Below are positions 53,151 to 63,547 of a stretch of DNA of 64,000 bases, in pieces; position 1 is the first letter of the stretch; the number at the start of each line of letters is the position of its first letter. This DNA is from Nannocystales bacterium. GTDB lineage: Bacteria > Myxococcota_A > Polyangia > Nannocystales > Nannocystaceae. The stretch covers positions 164,571-228,570 of the forward strand of contig JBOEGF010000009.1 in the NCBI GenBank assembly GCA_050633305.1, in the 5' to 3' direction. Position numbers and translations under genes: made by a program. Below the pieces are notes generated by a model. The model saw only the letters and a program-made list of their open reading frames with translations, did no database searches and was not told the origin of the DNA.

Positions 53151-54611
53151 ATGACACGTGCACCAGGAATCAGTGGTTTCTCTCTCCAAGTCCCGAAACT
53201 GCGGGTTCCGCTCGCGGCGTGGGCGGAGTGGACCGACGCCGACCCTTCGAAGGTCGAGGCGGTGGTCGGGCGGAGTTTTCGGGTGTGTTCGCCTCGGCAA
53301 AACGTCTACACGCTCGCGGCGGATGCGGTGCTCGATCTGATCGAGCGCTTCGACGTCGACCCGGCTGACATCGGAATGCTCGCGCTGGGGACCGAGTCCA
53401 GCACGGACAACGCGGCTGGCGCAGTCCTGGTGCGAGGCATGCTCGACGAGGTTCTTCCCGGACGTGGCCGGGGGCCTGTCGCCCGGACATGCGAGGTCCC
53501 CGAGTTCAAGCACGCCTGCCTCGGTGGGGTTTACGCGCTCAAGGCCGCGGCACGCTACCTGGGTGCGGATGGGCGGGGACGTCGTGCCATCGTGGTGGCC
53601 TCAGACATCGCCGAGTATGAGCGGGGCTCGACCGGTGAGCAGACCCAAGGCGCAGGAGCGGTCGCGATGCTGCTCGACACCGATCCGGCGCTGTGTCACC
53701 TGAATCTGGATCGAAGCGGATCGGCGTCTGCGTACCGCGGACTCGACTTCCGCAAGCCCTTCGCGCGTCACCGCGATCCGTCATACGCCCAGGCCACGCA
53801 GCGCCTGCACGACTTCCCGATCTTCAACGGGACGTACTCGACACAGTGCTACGTCGAAGCGACGGTGCGTGCCATCGACGCAATGTTTGAGCGCGTCGAG
53901 GGTCCCCGCGCGGACTTCTATGATCGTGTGGCTGCGGTTTGCTGCCATCGCCCGTACGAGCACATGCCCATGCAGGCGATGGCGGCCGTCTTGGTGTGGT
54001 CGGCGGCGAAGGATGGGGGGGCGGCAGCGCTTGCGCCGATGTGTGAGGGCACTGACTTGGACCCCGCGCAGGTCTACGAAGAGATCAAGATGGCGCCGGA
54101 CCTGTACGCTCGGGTGAAAGCCGACGGAATCGCGGCGGCACCGTTTCCCGCATTCATGGCGCTGACCCGGGTGTTCCGTCGGAGTCCGGCGTTCAAGGCG
54201 TTCGCCAGCAGCAAGCTGCGTCTGGGCAACACCATCACCGCTGACCTCGGCAACCTCTACACGGCGTCGCTCCCCGGATGGCTGGGCGCAGCGTTCGAGG
54301 CCGCCCACGCTGAAGACCGCGAGCTCGCAGGCCGTGATCTGCTGGCCGTGGGGTATGGCTCAGGAGATGCCGCCGAGGCGATTCCGATGACCGTGGCGGC
54401 GCACTGGCGGGAGGCCGCTGCAAAGCTCGACTTCACAGCTTCGCTCCAGGGCGCCCATGATCTCACGCGCGAGCAGTACGAAGCGCTTCACGATGGCGCT
54501 GCGGTGGACGGGCTGCCCGAACCCCCGGGCTTTGTGGTCTCGCGGGTGGGCGAAACCTACGACGAACGCTTCCAAGACCTCGGCGTCGACTACTACGACT
54601 TTTGCGGCTGA
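53151..54611 (+). CDS. Hydroxymethylglutaryl-CoA synthase family protein
   Basis: GTESSTD (Glu), KHACLGG (Cys), SDIAEY, EQTQGAGAVA, DFRKP, HRPY (His), GNLYTAS, GYGSG. Confidence 0.9.
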   Translation: MTRAPGISGFSLQVPKLRVPLAAWAEWTDADPSKVEAVVGRSFRVCSPRQNVYTLAADAVLDLIERFDVDPADIGMLALGTESSTDNAAGAVLVRGMLDEVLPGRGRGPVARTCEVPEFKHACLGGVYALKAAARYLGADGRGRRAIVVASDIAEYERGSTGEQTQGAGAVAMLLDTDPALCHLNLDRSGSASAYRGLDFRKPFARHRDPSYAQATQRLHDFPIFNGTYSTQCYVEATVRAIDAMFERVEGPRADFYDRVAAVCCHRPYEHMPMQAMAAVLVWSAAKDGGAAALAPMCEGTDLDPAQVYEEIKMAPDLYARVKADGIAAAPFPAFMALTRVFRRSPAFKAFASSKLRLGNTITADLGNLYTASLPGWLGAAFEAAHAEDRELAGRDLLAVGYGSGDAAEAIPMTVAAHWREAAAKLDFTASLQGAHDLTREQYEALHDGAAVDGLPEPPGFVVSRVGETYDERFQDLGVDYYDFCG

Positions 54612-54678
54612 GGCACGCCCCCGCTCACCGCCGGGGGAGGGGCGCGCACGTTGAAGACGTGTCGGATCACTGCGAGCG

Positions 54679-55533
54679 TTACGGCGCGGGCGTGGGCTTC
54701 TCTCCCCGCGCGGTGGCGAGTGCATCGTCGAGCAAGTCGAAGAGGTCGGTGCGCTCTTGAGGCGGGATGGCGTGCCGCACCCCCTCATAGGATTTGAGCG
54801 TGACGGCGTAGCCCTTGGCGACGAGGGCATCGATCGCCTCCTTGGTGGGCTCGTACCGCACGGCATTGTCGGCGGTCCCGTGAAGGGCCACGATGTCGGG
54901 ATGCGTCGCGGTCGGTCCTGCCTCCGGCCAAAGCGGGGGCGGGAGCCAGCCGCCTACGGGAATCGCGAAGCCAACTTGCTCGGGGTGTTGGATGGCGAGG
55001 GTGAAGGCGAGCATGCCGCCTTGGCTGAACCCTGTGACGATCGGTGCCCCTTGGGTCGGCCTCGACTCCCGCAGCGACGCGATCGCCACCGCGAGCTTGT
55101 CGGCGGATGCTTTGATCCCTCCCGCCAGGCCTTCCACATCGTTCGAGCGGGCGCGAATGGGGAACCAGGACCAGCCGCCGCCCTCCGTCGGGTCGACGCC
55201 TTGCGGGAGAATTAGTCGGGCTTCTCCCCCGTAGGTGTCGAAGAGATGGGCGAAGTTGTCGGGGTCGTCGCCGAGGCCGTGGATCGCGATGATCATCGGA
55301 AGGGTGTCTTCCGGTTTCGCGTGGCCCAAGATGCGCTCGACGTAGGCCACCTCTCCTGCGACCGGGCGTGTCGCCACGGCGACCGGGGCATCTTGCGGCT
55401 CTGGCTCCGTCGGGGCCGGCGCGCTCGAGACCGGCGCGGGTGCGGTGGCGGGCGGCGTTTCGGGCGGGGGAGTGGAACGGTCACACGCGGTGACGTTCGC
55501 GGCGACGAGGGTCCACAGCAGCAGAGCTCTCAT
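54679..55533 (-). CDS. Phospholipase/carboxylesterase (alpha/beta hydrolase) lipoprotein
   Basis: HGLGD, GFSQGG, HGTAD and GVRH catalytic-triad motifs; VTAC lipobox. Confidence 0.9.
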   Translation of the reverse strand: MRALLLWTLVAANVTACDRSTPPPETPPATAPAPVSSAPAPTEPEPQDAPVAVATRPVAGEVAYVERILGHAKPEDTLPMIIAIHGLGDDPDNFAHLFDTYGGEARLILPQGVDPTEGGGWSWFPIRARSNDVEGLAGGIKASADKLAVAIASLRESRPTQGAPIVTGFSQGGMLAFTLAIQHPEQVGFAIPVGGWLPPPLWPEAGPTATHPDIVALHGTADNAVRYEPTKEAIDALVAKGYAVTLKSYEGVRHAIPPQERTDLFDLLDDALATARGEKPTPAP

Positions 55534-55605
55534 GGTGCCGGGAGCATCGCACGGACCTGGCGGTGGCCCGAGCGGGTGGCTCGAGGCCTGGCGTGTCTCA
55601 CGCAG

Positions 55606-56895
55606 TCACGGCTCGAACACGGGGAGGGCGCGGACAAACACGCTCGCTGGAGGATCGTCCTCGTCGATGCTGGGCGTCTCGCATTTGCCGAAGGTCGCGG
55701 CATAGATGAAACCATCGCGACCGCGGACCCAGGCGCTGGGCACGAACAAATGCCCCAGGTGCATGTCGGCGACGACGGCTCCGGCGCTGTCCAGCTGGGC
55801 GCCGCGAACCCAACCCTGGCAGTAGTCCCCGAACAAGACGTGGCCATCCAGCGCCCCCGCGTAGGGGTCGTTGTCGTGTGCCTGGACCTCGAGCGCGACG
55901 TAGGCGACCCGAGCGTTGGTCGGAACAACATCGGGGTCCTGCGCCGCGTAGGTGCTCACGCCCGCGTGTGGCCACTGCAAGACCGGATCGATGAAATCGG
56001 AGCAGCCCTGCTCGCACGGACCTTCTGCCGCGGACCATCCGAAGTTTTGGCCGGCCTGCGTGATGACGTTGACCTCCTCAAAGGTATTGGCGCCCACGTC
56101 TCCGAACCAGAATCGCCCGGCGGAGTCGCGGATGCCTTTCCATGGAGAGCGCAGTCCCGTCGCGTACACCAGGGGGTGCCCTTCGTCCTCGGAGGCGAAC
56201 GCATTCCCCGGGGGGACGGTGTAGCCCTCGCCGGTGGGCTCGCGGTTGGGGATGAGACGGACCAGGGCCGACAGCGCGTTGGTGGTGTCTTGGCCGTTTG
56301 CGTCGACCTTCTTGTCGCCGAACAGTGCCCACATCGTGCCGTCCGGCTCAAAGCCGATCGAGCCGACGTTGTGCCAGGGCTTGGGGGCATCAGGATCGCC
56401 GACGGCCAGGATCAACGCAGCGCTCGCCGGGACGGAGCCGTAGTCGGACGCTTCGAACGTGTAACGATGGATCTCGCTTTGCTGCTCGGAGGCGCACATG
56501 CCTACGTAGAAGAACCCGTTGGTGTCGAAGTCGGGGTCGAGCGCCAGGGAGATGAGACCGCAGTCGAGTACCGAGTAGGCACCCTCCAACATGAAGCTCC
56601 CCAGCAGCGCGAACCGGTCGCCTTCGAGCCGAAGGTGCCCGACGCGGCCGGACTTCTCCAGCACCAACAACTCGTCGGTACCCGGGATGAATCGGGCGTC
56701 CGTGATCATGCCCCAGTTGCCTTCGGCCTCCACGGTTTCGAACGACAGGCCGACGAAGGTCCCAGGGGCGCCGGTTTCGGCGGTCGGCGAACCGCTGCTC
56801 GCTGCGTCGGTTGCGTCGCCACTGCCCGGTGCGCCCGGCCCTGAGCTGCAGGCCGCGAGTATCCCCAACGCGACGAAGCTGGATTGCAAGCGCAT
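55606..56895 (-). CDS. PQQ-dependent sugar dehydrogenase (GSDH-like beta-propeller) lipoprotein
   Basis: ILAAC lipobox, GLISLALDPDF, HNVGSIGF, YATGLRSPW, DVGANTFEEVN, NFGW. Confidence 0.88.
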   Translation of the reverse strand: MRLQSSFVALGILAACSSGPGAPGSGDATDAASSGSPTAETGAPGTFVGLSFETVEAEGNWGMITDARFIPGTDELLVLEKSGRVGHLRLEGDRFALLGSFMLEGAYSVLDCGLISLALDPDFDTNGFFYVGMCASEQQSEIHRYTFEASDYGSVPASAALILAVGDPDAPKPWHNVGSIGFEPDGTMWALFGDKKVDANGQDTTNALSALVRLIPNREPTGEGYTVPPGNAFASEDEGHPLVYATGLRSPWKGIRDSAGRFWFGDVGANTFEEVNVITQAGQNFGWSAAEGPCEQGCSDFIDPVLQWPHAGVSTYAAQDPDVVPTNARVAYVALEVQAHDNDPYAGALDGHVLFGDYCQGWVRGAQLDSAGAVVADMHLGHLFVPSAWVRGRDGFIYAATFGKCETPSIDEDDPPASVFVRALPVFEP

Positions 56896-56936
56896 GCCGG
56901 GAGCGTAGCAGCAAGGGCGCCGGACTCCAGGGCGGC

Positions 56937-57482
56937 TCAAGATGCGTTGACGAGGTTCTGGAGCGCGACGATGGTCCGCCAGTTACGGGCGGTCGTGGTG
57001 CACGACAGCACCCGGTCCGAGTAGGTCACGTCGAGCTTCGAGCGGGCGCTCCCGTTGGGATAGTCGACGTACAACGCGTCCCTGAGCATCTCGAATCGTT
57101 CGCCGAGGCGGCAGTCGGGCTCGAACTTTGCGCGGACCGGCTTGGTGGTCGTGCGGTCGAGCAGCATCGCATGCACCCGCTTGGGGTCCTTTGCGGCCTC
57201 GGCAGCAAAGGGGTTCCCTTCAACCAGGGCGTTCCAAGCTTCGGCGGTTCGGACCACGATCGGCACGGAGAACCCGGTGGATAGCTCGATTGCGTGGGCG
57301 ACCTTCTGGGCAAGCTTCGCGCCTTGGCGAGCGGGTGCTTCGAACACCACGTTGCCGCTTTGAATGTACGTCTCGACTGCTGTCGCGCCCGCTTCTTCGA
57401 AGTGGGTCCGGAGGTCGGCCATGGGGAGTGTGTGGTTGCCCCCAACGTTGATGCCTCGAAGCAGCGCGACGAACCTAGCCAT
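56937..57482 (-). CDS. DUF1697 family protein
   Basis: VALLRGINVGG, TYIQSGNVVF, TARNWRT. Confidence 0.9.
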   Translation of the reverse strand: MARFVALLRGINVGGNHTLPMADLRTHFEEAGATAVETYIQSGNVVFEAPARQGAKLAQKVAHAIELSTGFSVPIVVRTAEAWNALVEGNPFAAEAAKDPKRVHAMLLDRTTTKPVRAKFEPDCRLGERFEMLRDALYVDYPNGSARSKLDVTYSDRVLSCTTTARNWRTIVALQNLVNAS

Positions 57483-57805
57483 GGGACGATGTTTAACACG
57501 ATGCAGCCGGGCAATGGGAGCGGGATGCTCGCTCCCAGCGCCGGTCGCCGACCGTACGGGGCGGAGCGACTGGCGCAGCCCAGCGTGACCTCATCCACCC
57601 GCACACTCTCAAATCGGCGGTTCGTCGCCCGTTGGCGACGCGCTGTGGGCGGTCGGGACGGCAGGCGCTCCGCGGGTTCGAAGTCGAGGGGCGCCGTCTG
57701 TCCGCGCGGGTGGCGGGGACCCTGCCGATGGCATTCGAGTGTGCCAACGGAACGGGTTGTGCCACCGCGGAACAAGCTGCTGTGAGCAGCTCTTCGCAGC
57801 GGCCC

Positions 57806-60649
57806 CTAGACCGTGACGCGGCGGGAGCCGAACGAGACCCGCCGGAGCAGGAGGTCGAAGATGAGCAGCGGGAGCACGAGGCCGGCGAGGACCCACGGCC
57901 ACAGTGGCTTTTGTCGCTCACGCCCCCCGGGGTCGCCAGCGTCTTCGACGACGGAGAGCAGTGAGCCTGTGGTGCTGGCGACGGACAAACCCTCGACGTC
58001 GCTTGGGTCGCCTGCCGCACTGGGAAGGAGCTCGGTGGGGTAGGGGACCGAAACTTGCGACACCGCCTCGGCTGCCAACCGGCGCGGCTCCTGGCTGACG
58101 TCGTAGAGCTGGGCCTTGACCAGGCGTTGGCCTGCCTCGACCGCTCCAACGTCGGCGACATATCGACCGGGTGCGGACAGCCGCAGCGGAACAGTCACGA
58201 TCCGCTCGGGGTCGTCTTCGGCCTTGGAGGGGTCCAGGACCTCGAGCTCGCCCTGAAGGTCGTTGGCAAAACCGCGGACCGCATCGACATCGACCGAGAC
58301 GGCGTAGCCACCTTCCCCGGACGGGGTCACGGCCAGGCTCGCGCCACCGAGCAGGCTCGCACCCTGCCGCATGGTGTCGCGGGCCAGCTGCGACCACAGC
58401 TTGGCGAACCCGCTCCACGACAGCCACGTTGCGGCCCAGCGGGCTTTCGCGTCGCTGGCGAAGGCGGCGGTCCGCCCCAAACCACGTCGGCCGCGAACCA
58501 GGAGCGGGTCGCCTTGGTGGGTGCGCAACAGGGTCTCGGTCATCGCCTTGGCTTTCACCGGGACCAAGCCGCGCAGGCCCGGCGCGCCGGAGAAGTCGAT
58601 GCCTCGTAGCGCTTGAACGTTCTTGGCGACGCGCGGGTACAGGGCCAGTTCCTTGGCGGCGTTGCGGGTCACCTCGCGGGTCTCCCGAGAGAAGATGCGC
58701 GGGACGTCGGTGCCGTCATGGCTGTAGTAGAAGCGCCCACGGCCTCGTCGTGCGACGCGGCGCAAGAGGTCCTTTCCGGCACCGGCACCGACGCCGACCG
58801 AGGAGACGGTGATGTCGGCATCGCGCATGTCACCCAACAACGCGGAGATTCCGTTCTCGGGGCTCTGGCCGTCGCTGAGCAGGATGACGTGTTTGACGAG
58901 GGCGTTGCTGCCTGCGAGCTGCAGGTAGGCCTCTCGAAGGGCGGGCAGCGCGTTGGTGCCTCCTCCTGAGGTGAGCCGCCGGATGTCGGAGCTGATCCGG
59001 ATCCGGTTGGAGGCGGGCTGCAGTCGCACGAGGTTGTGCGGCCTGGAATCGAAGGCGATGACGCCGATCTCGTCGCTCGGGTCGAGCGTCCGAGCGGTGG
59101 CGCGAGAGGCTTCTTTGACCAGGTCGAGCTTGTCCTCCGAGGACATCGACCCAGACTTGTCGATGACCAGGACCAGTGCGAGCTTGGGCTGTTCGCGTTG
59201 TCGCTCGCCCTCGAAACGGACGGGGAGAATCTCGCCGACGGTGCCGCGGCCCCATCCGCCCATGCCAAACGACTGGTCACCGCCCACCATGATGAAGCCG
59301 CCGCCGTGGTCCACGACGTACTGCTTGAGCGCCTGTTTGGAGGCTGTGCTGACGGCACCGGCGGCCAAGTCCGAGAACATGACCAGGTCGAATGCGCGTA
59401 GGCCTTCGAAGGTTTCGGGGACCTCTGCGCCGGTGGTGACGGTCACATCGAGGTGGTCCGAGCGCAGGGCCGATGCCAGCGGGGCGTTGCCACCCGAGCC
59501 CGCGAGCAGGACCTTGGGTCGTCCCCGGACTTCGCCTGCGACCGCGGCGGCGTCGTTGCCGGTCCGTCGGTTGTCCGGCCCGTCGAGGGAGTCGGGGTCC
59601 AGCTCGGCCTCGAACACGACCGGACCCGGCTCGGTCACCCGGGCCTCGAACGTGACCTGTTGTGCACCCCCACGCAGCGTCACCTCTGCAAACGGCTGCA
59701 GCGGGTTGGCCAGGCCATCGCGCTTGAGCGCGAGCTTCACCGACCCCGCGGCGGTCGAGAACACGTCCACCGCCACGTTGAAGGTCTCCCCCAATCTCAT
59801 CTCGGCCGGGAGATGGACGGCCTCGACCAGAACGTCGCCGCGTGCCGCGGGCTCGAAGCGGCGCACGTGCACGGCGACCCCGCGCGCTGCGAGCTCGGCG
59901 GTGGCCCCCGAGAGGTCCTCGCGCTCGGCAAGGGAGCCTCCTGCGTCGGTCAGCAGGACGATGCGCCCCTCGGTTTGAGGATCGATCAGCGCGGCGGCGA
60001 GCCGCAACGCGCTGGCATGGTCGCTGCCCAGCGCGGCCTCGGGGCGCCTGAGGAGGTCGTCGATCGATGTGTCGAGATCGACCGCGTGGACTTCCGCGCG
60101 CTCGGCATAGGTCACCACGGCCAGCCGAGTCCGGTCCTCGGGATCGATGTCGGCCGTGTCTTCGGCCTGCAGTTGGGCGAAGCCGGTGGTGACCAGGGCG
60201 CGCGCTTCGGCAAGCTGGGCGTCATCGATGCTGTCGGAGAGGTCGACGGCGAACACGAGCGTCTTGCCTCGGATCGGGCTGCGCAGGCTGGGCTGGGCCA
60301 GGGCTGTTGCGACGGCCATGAGCACGGCGAGGCGCGCGAGAAGCTGAACGATGACCTGCAGCCCCGGTACGTCGACCAGCGAGCGACGAAGGACGAGAAT
60401 GAGGTAGGGCAGGACCGCGGCGGGCATGAGCCACAGCGCCTCGGGTCTTGCCAACACCGCGACCGGGTCGGTTCCCGCGGTCGCCCCGAGAAGCTCGGCC
60501 AGGGCGCTGGGGAGCCGGATGGAGAACGCGGTTGGCCACGGCGCGAGCAGGAGGAGTAGGCCGACGGCCACACCGCCCAACAGCACGCCGATCGCGACGT
60601 CGACCGCGGGGTGCCGGAGGGCCGCTCGCATGCCATCACGAACGCTCAT
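57806..60649 (-). CDS. Membrane protein with two VWA domains and a GATase1-like domain
   Basis: DLSDS and DKSGS MIDAS motifs, GGGFIMVGG, C-terminal TM (PLWPW...RR); ATGA overlap. Confidence 0.88.
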   Translation of the reverse strand: MSVRDGMRAALRHPAVDVAIGVLLGGVAVGLLLLLAPWPTAFSIRLPSALAELLGATAGTDPVAVLARPEALWLMPAAVLPYLILVLRRSLVDVPGLQVIVQLLARLAVLMAVATALAQPSLRSPIRGKTLVFAVDLSDSIDDAQLAEARALVTTGFAQLQAEDTADIDPEDRTRLAVVTYAERAEVHAVDLDTSIDDLLRRPEAALGSDHASALRLAAALIDPQTEGRIVLLTDAGGSLAEREDLSGATAELAARGVAVHVRRFEPAARGDVLVEAVHLPAEMRLGETFNVAVDVFSTAAGSVKLALKRDGLANPLQPFAEVTLRGGAQQVTFEARVTEPGPVVFEAELDPDSLDGPDNRRTGNDAAAVAGEVRGRPKVLLAGSGGNAPLASALRSDHLDVTVTTGAEVPETFEGLRAFDLVMFSDLAAGAVSTASKQALKQYVVDHGGGFIMVGGDQSFGMGGWGRGTVGEILPVRFEGERQREQPKLALVLVIDKSGSMSSEDKLDLVKEASRATARTLDPSDEIGVIAFDSRPHNLVRLQPASNRIRISSDIRRLTSGGGTNALPALREAYLQLAGSNALVKHVILLSDGQSPENGISALLGDMRDADITVSSVGVGAGAGKDLLRRVARRGRGRFYYSHDGTDVPRIFSRETREVTRNAAKELALYPRVAKNVQALRGIDFSGAPGLRGLVPVKAKAMTETLLRTHQGDPLLVRGRRGLGRTAAFASDAKARWAATWLSWSGFAKLWSQLARDTMRQGASLLGGASLAVTPSGEGGYAVSVDVDAVRGFANDLQGELEVLDPSKAEDDPERIVTVPLRLSAPGRYVADVGAVEAGQRLVKAQLYDVSQEPRRLAAEAVSQVSVPYPTELLPSAAGDPSDVEGLSVASTTGSLLSVVEDAGDPGGRERQKPLWPWVLAGLVLPLLIFDLLLRRVSFGSRRVTV

Positions 60650-62601
60650 ACGGTGACCCTCCGATGATACGTCGCCCACTCCAGGGCGATGAGAGCCGCG
60701 GCCGCAAGCATGAGAGCGGTCCACAGCGGTCCCTCGGTCAGGGGCGCGGGATCGGGCGCGGACCCTGCCTCGGCCTCGGGGGGCAGGTCCATCTCGCCCA
60801 ACACCGAGTGCAGGTCCGAGGCGCCGGAGTTGGCCTGGTTGACGGCAACCTCGACCTGGGCCCCGCTCGTTGGCCCGTCGAGGGCACGAACCGTGTAGAT
60901 GCCCGGAACGAGGGCACGCATGCGGAAGCGTCCGCGTTCGACCGGGCGGACCTGTGGCTCACCGTGAGGGCCCTGGACCGCGACCCGGCTCATGCCTTCG
61001 GCAGAGAGCCCCAGGTCGGCGAGGCCCATCGCTTGGCTCAGGCCCAGCGGAGCACTCGCGACGAAGCCCGGCGTGCGTTGCTCGACGTAGCGAACGAGGT
61101 TGTCGATGAAGAGCGGGAACGCGATCCGCATCGGGAAGTCCGACTGGCGCGGATCGAAGCCGACGCCCAGGGTAATGTACTCGTCCTCACGAAGGGCGAC
61201 GATCGGGTCTCCCAAGGACCGCACCAATGCGTCATCGCCCGGTTGCAGGGCGAACGTGGTGCCTCGGCCGATGTTGACGTCCTTGAAGACGACGAACTCG
61301 AGCAGTGGGTGTTTGCGCGCTTGCTCGGTGAGGAACGGACGCGCCACGTCGCGAGCCTTGGCGATGGGGAAGGGCGAGTCTTCAAACCTCCACGGGTCGA
61401 ACACAGCAAGGTGTGTTCGCGGAAGCGTCGCGGGCAGGGGATTGTTGCCGACGTCGAAGATGACGAGGTTGTACTCGGCGAGGTCGGGGTCCTCGCCCTC
61501 CGCAGCATCGAGCTGGACGTGATCGCCGAGGTTGAGCAGCGCGGCGTCGAGGAACAGGTTGCTACCGTCGCTGATGAGCGCCACTCGCAGGGGCGAGAGC
61601 GGTGGCACCACCGCGAACGCGATGTCGTCGAAGTTCGGACCCAGCACCTCGGGTTCGTCGGCCGAGAGGCGAGCCTCGAACCGGGAGCGCGCGGCATCGA
61701 GGTCGGAGAGGACCTCGCGTTTGGTCTCTCCGGGTGCAAGGGTCAACGGGCGGCGCCCCACCGAGACACCGTCTGCGGTGACGTCGAGCGTGATGGTGGC
61801 GACGCTGTCGCCCAGGTTCTGCACCTCGGCCAAAACCTCGAGCTTGTCGCGTGCCTCGGGGTACCGGCGGGCCGCAAACGCGGTGATCGCCACGTTGTCA
61901 GCCGCACCGCTGTGGGTGTCGACCTCGCAACGGATGGTTTCAGTGTCGATGCATTGCCGCAGGGCATCCGCACCCGCCACGTTGAGCGCACCGTCGGTCA
62001 ACACGAGGACTTGCGCCCCGGGGTTGCCGCGCACTGCGTGTCCGGCCAGCGTCAGCGCGCCGCCCAGGTTGGCTTCTCCATGGCTCGGCTCGATCGTATC
62101 GATGCCTGCGAGTAGGGCTGAGATATCCCCAGACAGCGGGCTGGCGACGGAGACCTCTTGTGCCGCGACGATGATCACCGCGCGGTCCGAGGGACCCAGG
62201 CCCCGGACCTGGGCGGCCGCGCGTGCTTTCGCGGCGTCGATGCGGCGTCCGGGGCTTTCGTCGTCGAGTTCGGCCTCGGAGGGCCCCGCCATCGATGCTG
62301 ACGCGTCGACCACGATCGCCACGGTCATTGGGTCGCGAACCCATGCGTTGGTTCGCGGATCTCCGATCGCCGCGACGATCATCGCGAGGAGCAGAAGCTG
62401 AACGAGCCACGACAGCAGTCGCCTCAGGCGGCGCCAGATCTTTCGGCTCTCGGAGTCTCGCGTGACCCGTTCCCACAATGCGGCAAACGGAACGACGACC
62501 TTCCGCCGTCGCATGCGGAGCAAATACAGCAGCGTGATCGCGCCGCCGCAAACCGCGAACAGCACGCCGAGCTGGGAGAGACTCCACCCGGAGAAGCTCA
62601 T
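60646..62601 (-). CDS. BatA-domain/VWA membrane protein
   Basis: LLYLLRMRRR N-terminal BatA motif, DASASM MIDAS, C-terminal TM ending LEW. Confidence 0.88.
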   Translation of the reverse strand: MSFSGWSLSQLGVLFAVCGGAITLLYLLRMRRRKVVVPFAALWERVTRDSESRKIWRRLRRLLSWLVQLLLLAMIVAAIGDPRTNAWVRDPMTVAIVVDASASMAGPSEAELDDESPGRRIDAAKARAAAQVRGLGPSDRAVIIVAAQEVSVASPLSGDISALLAGIDTIEPSHGEANLGGALTLAGHAVRGNPGAQVLVLTDGALNVAGADALRQCIDTETIRCEVDTHSGAADNVAITAFAARRYPEARDKLEVLAEVQNLGDSVATITLDVTADGVSVGRRPLTLAPGETKREVLSDLDAARSRFEARLSADEPEVLGPNFDDIAFAVVPPLSPLRVALISDGSNLFLDAALLNLGDHVQLDAAEGEDPDLAEYNLVIFDVGNNPLPATLPRTHLAVFDPWRFEDSPFPIAKARDVARPFLTEQARKHPLLEFVVFKDVNIGRGTTFALQPGDDALVRSLGDPIVALREDEYITLGVGFDPRQSDFPMRIAFPLFIDNLVRYVEQRTPGFVASAPLGLSQAMGLADLGLSAEGMSRVAVQGPHGEPQVRPVERGRFRMRALVPGIYTVRALDGPTSGAQVEVAVNQANSGASDLHSVLGEMDLPPEAEAGSAPDPAPLTEGPLWTALMLAAAALIALEWATYHRRVTV

Positions 62602-63536
62602 CGCAGGATGCCCCCCTGACGAAACATGCGGAGCACGAGATCATCGAACGGGGTGTCGATGTTGGCGCGTACGTACCCGATGCCGCGGGTGCGGCAGTTT
62701 GTCTGCAGTTGCGCGCAGAAGCGTTCGTGCGCCTCTGCGTAGGAGGCCAACGCGCGTGGCGACAAGGTGACGTCGCGCTGCGTGTCTCCTTCGCAGTCCA
62801 GCAGCCGGACATCGCCGCGCAAGCCCGAGCCGGTCGGGTCGGCCTCGGCGGGATCGATGATCTGGATCGCGATGGGCTCGTGCTTGCGGAAGCGCAGCAT
62901 GTTGAGGCCTTCGAACGCCCCTTCGAGGTCATAGAAATCCGAGAGCACGATGGTCAGGCCGGGCTGGCTGCTTTGTGCGGCGACACGGCTGCACCCGGCG
63001 CGAATGTCGGTGGCGCCCCCGGTCTGTGCCGTCTTGAGGAAGTCGAAGACCCGGAAGATTCGTCCCTTGCCGCGGATGGCGGGCAGGGTGACGTGGCTGT
63101 CTTGGCTCATGCACGTGAGCCCGACCCGGTCGAGGTTGGCGAGTCCGACGTAGGCCAGCGCCGCGCCGACCTGTTGGGCATAGCGGAGCTTGGCGCCGCC
63201 GCGCAGGCACATGGAGTCGCTCACGTCGACCACGACCCGGATGGGAAGGTCCTCGTCCTCTTCGAACAGCCGGATCAGCGTGCGCCGCAACCGGACGTAG
63301 ACGTTCCAGTCGAGGTTGCGAATGTCGTCGCCCGGGGAGTACGGGCGGTGGTCGGCGAATTCGATGCCGCTCCCGACCTTCCGAGTCTTTCGTTCGGCGC
63401 GCTGACGCCCGCGAAAGAGCCGCCGTGCGATCACCTGTAGGAGTTCGAGGCGCGCCAAGAAGGCTTCGTCAAACAAGTCGTCCGACGACGGAGCGGACGC
63501 CTTGGGAGCGCCGAAGATACGTTCGCGAAGACCCAC
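62598..63536 (-). CDS. DUF58 domain protein
   Basis: GSGIEFADHRPYSPGDDIRNLDWN, DVSDSM, LSDF. Confidence 0.92.
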   Translation of the reverse strand: MGLRERIFGAPKASAPSSDDLFDEAFLARLELLQVIARRLFRGRQRAERKTRKVGSGIEFADHRPYSPGDDIRNLDWNVYVRLRRTLIRLFEEDEDLPIRVVVDVSDSMCLRGGAKLRYAQQVGAALAYVGLANLDRVGLTCMSQDSHVTLPAIRGKGRIFRVFDFLKTAQTGGATDIRAGCSRVAAQSSQPGLTIVLSDFYDLEGAFEGLNMLRFRKHEPIAIQIIDPAEADPTGSGLRGDVRLLDCEGDTQRDVTLSPRALASYAEAHERFCAQLQTNCRTRGIGYVRANIDTPFDDLVLRMFRQGGILR

Positions 63537-63547
63537 GCGTTTGGACC

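Noticed and set aside
57668..57690. GGGTTCGAAGTC tRNA-like motif
   Set aside because: No paired T-stem or cloverleaf around it.
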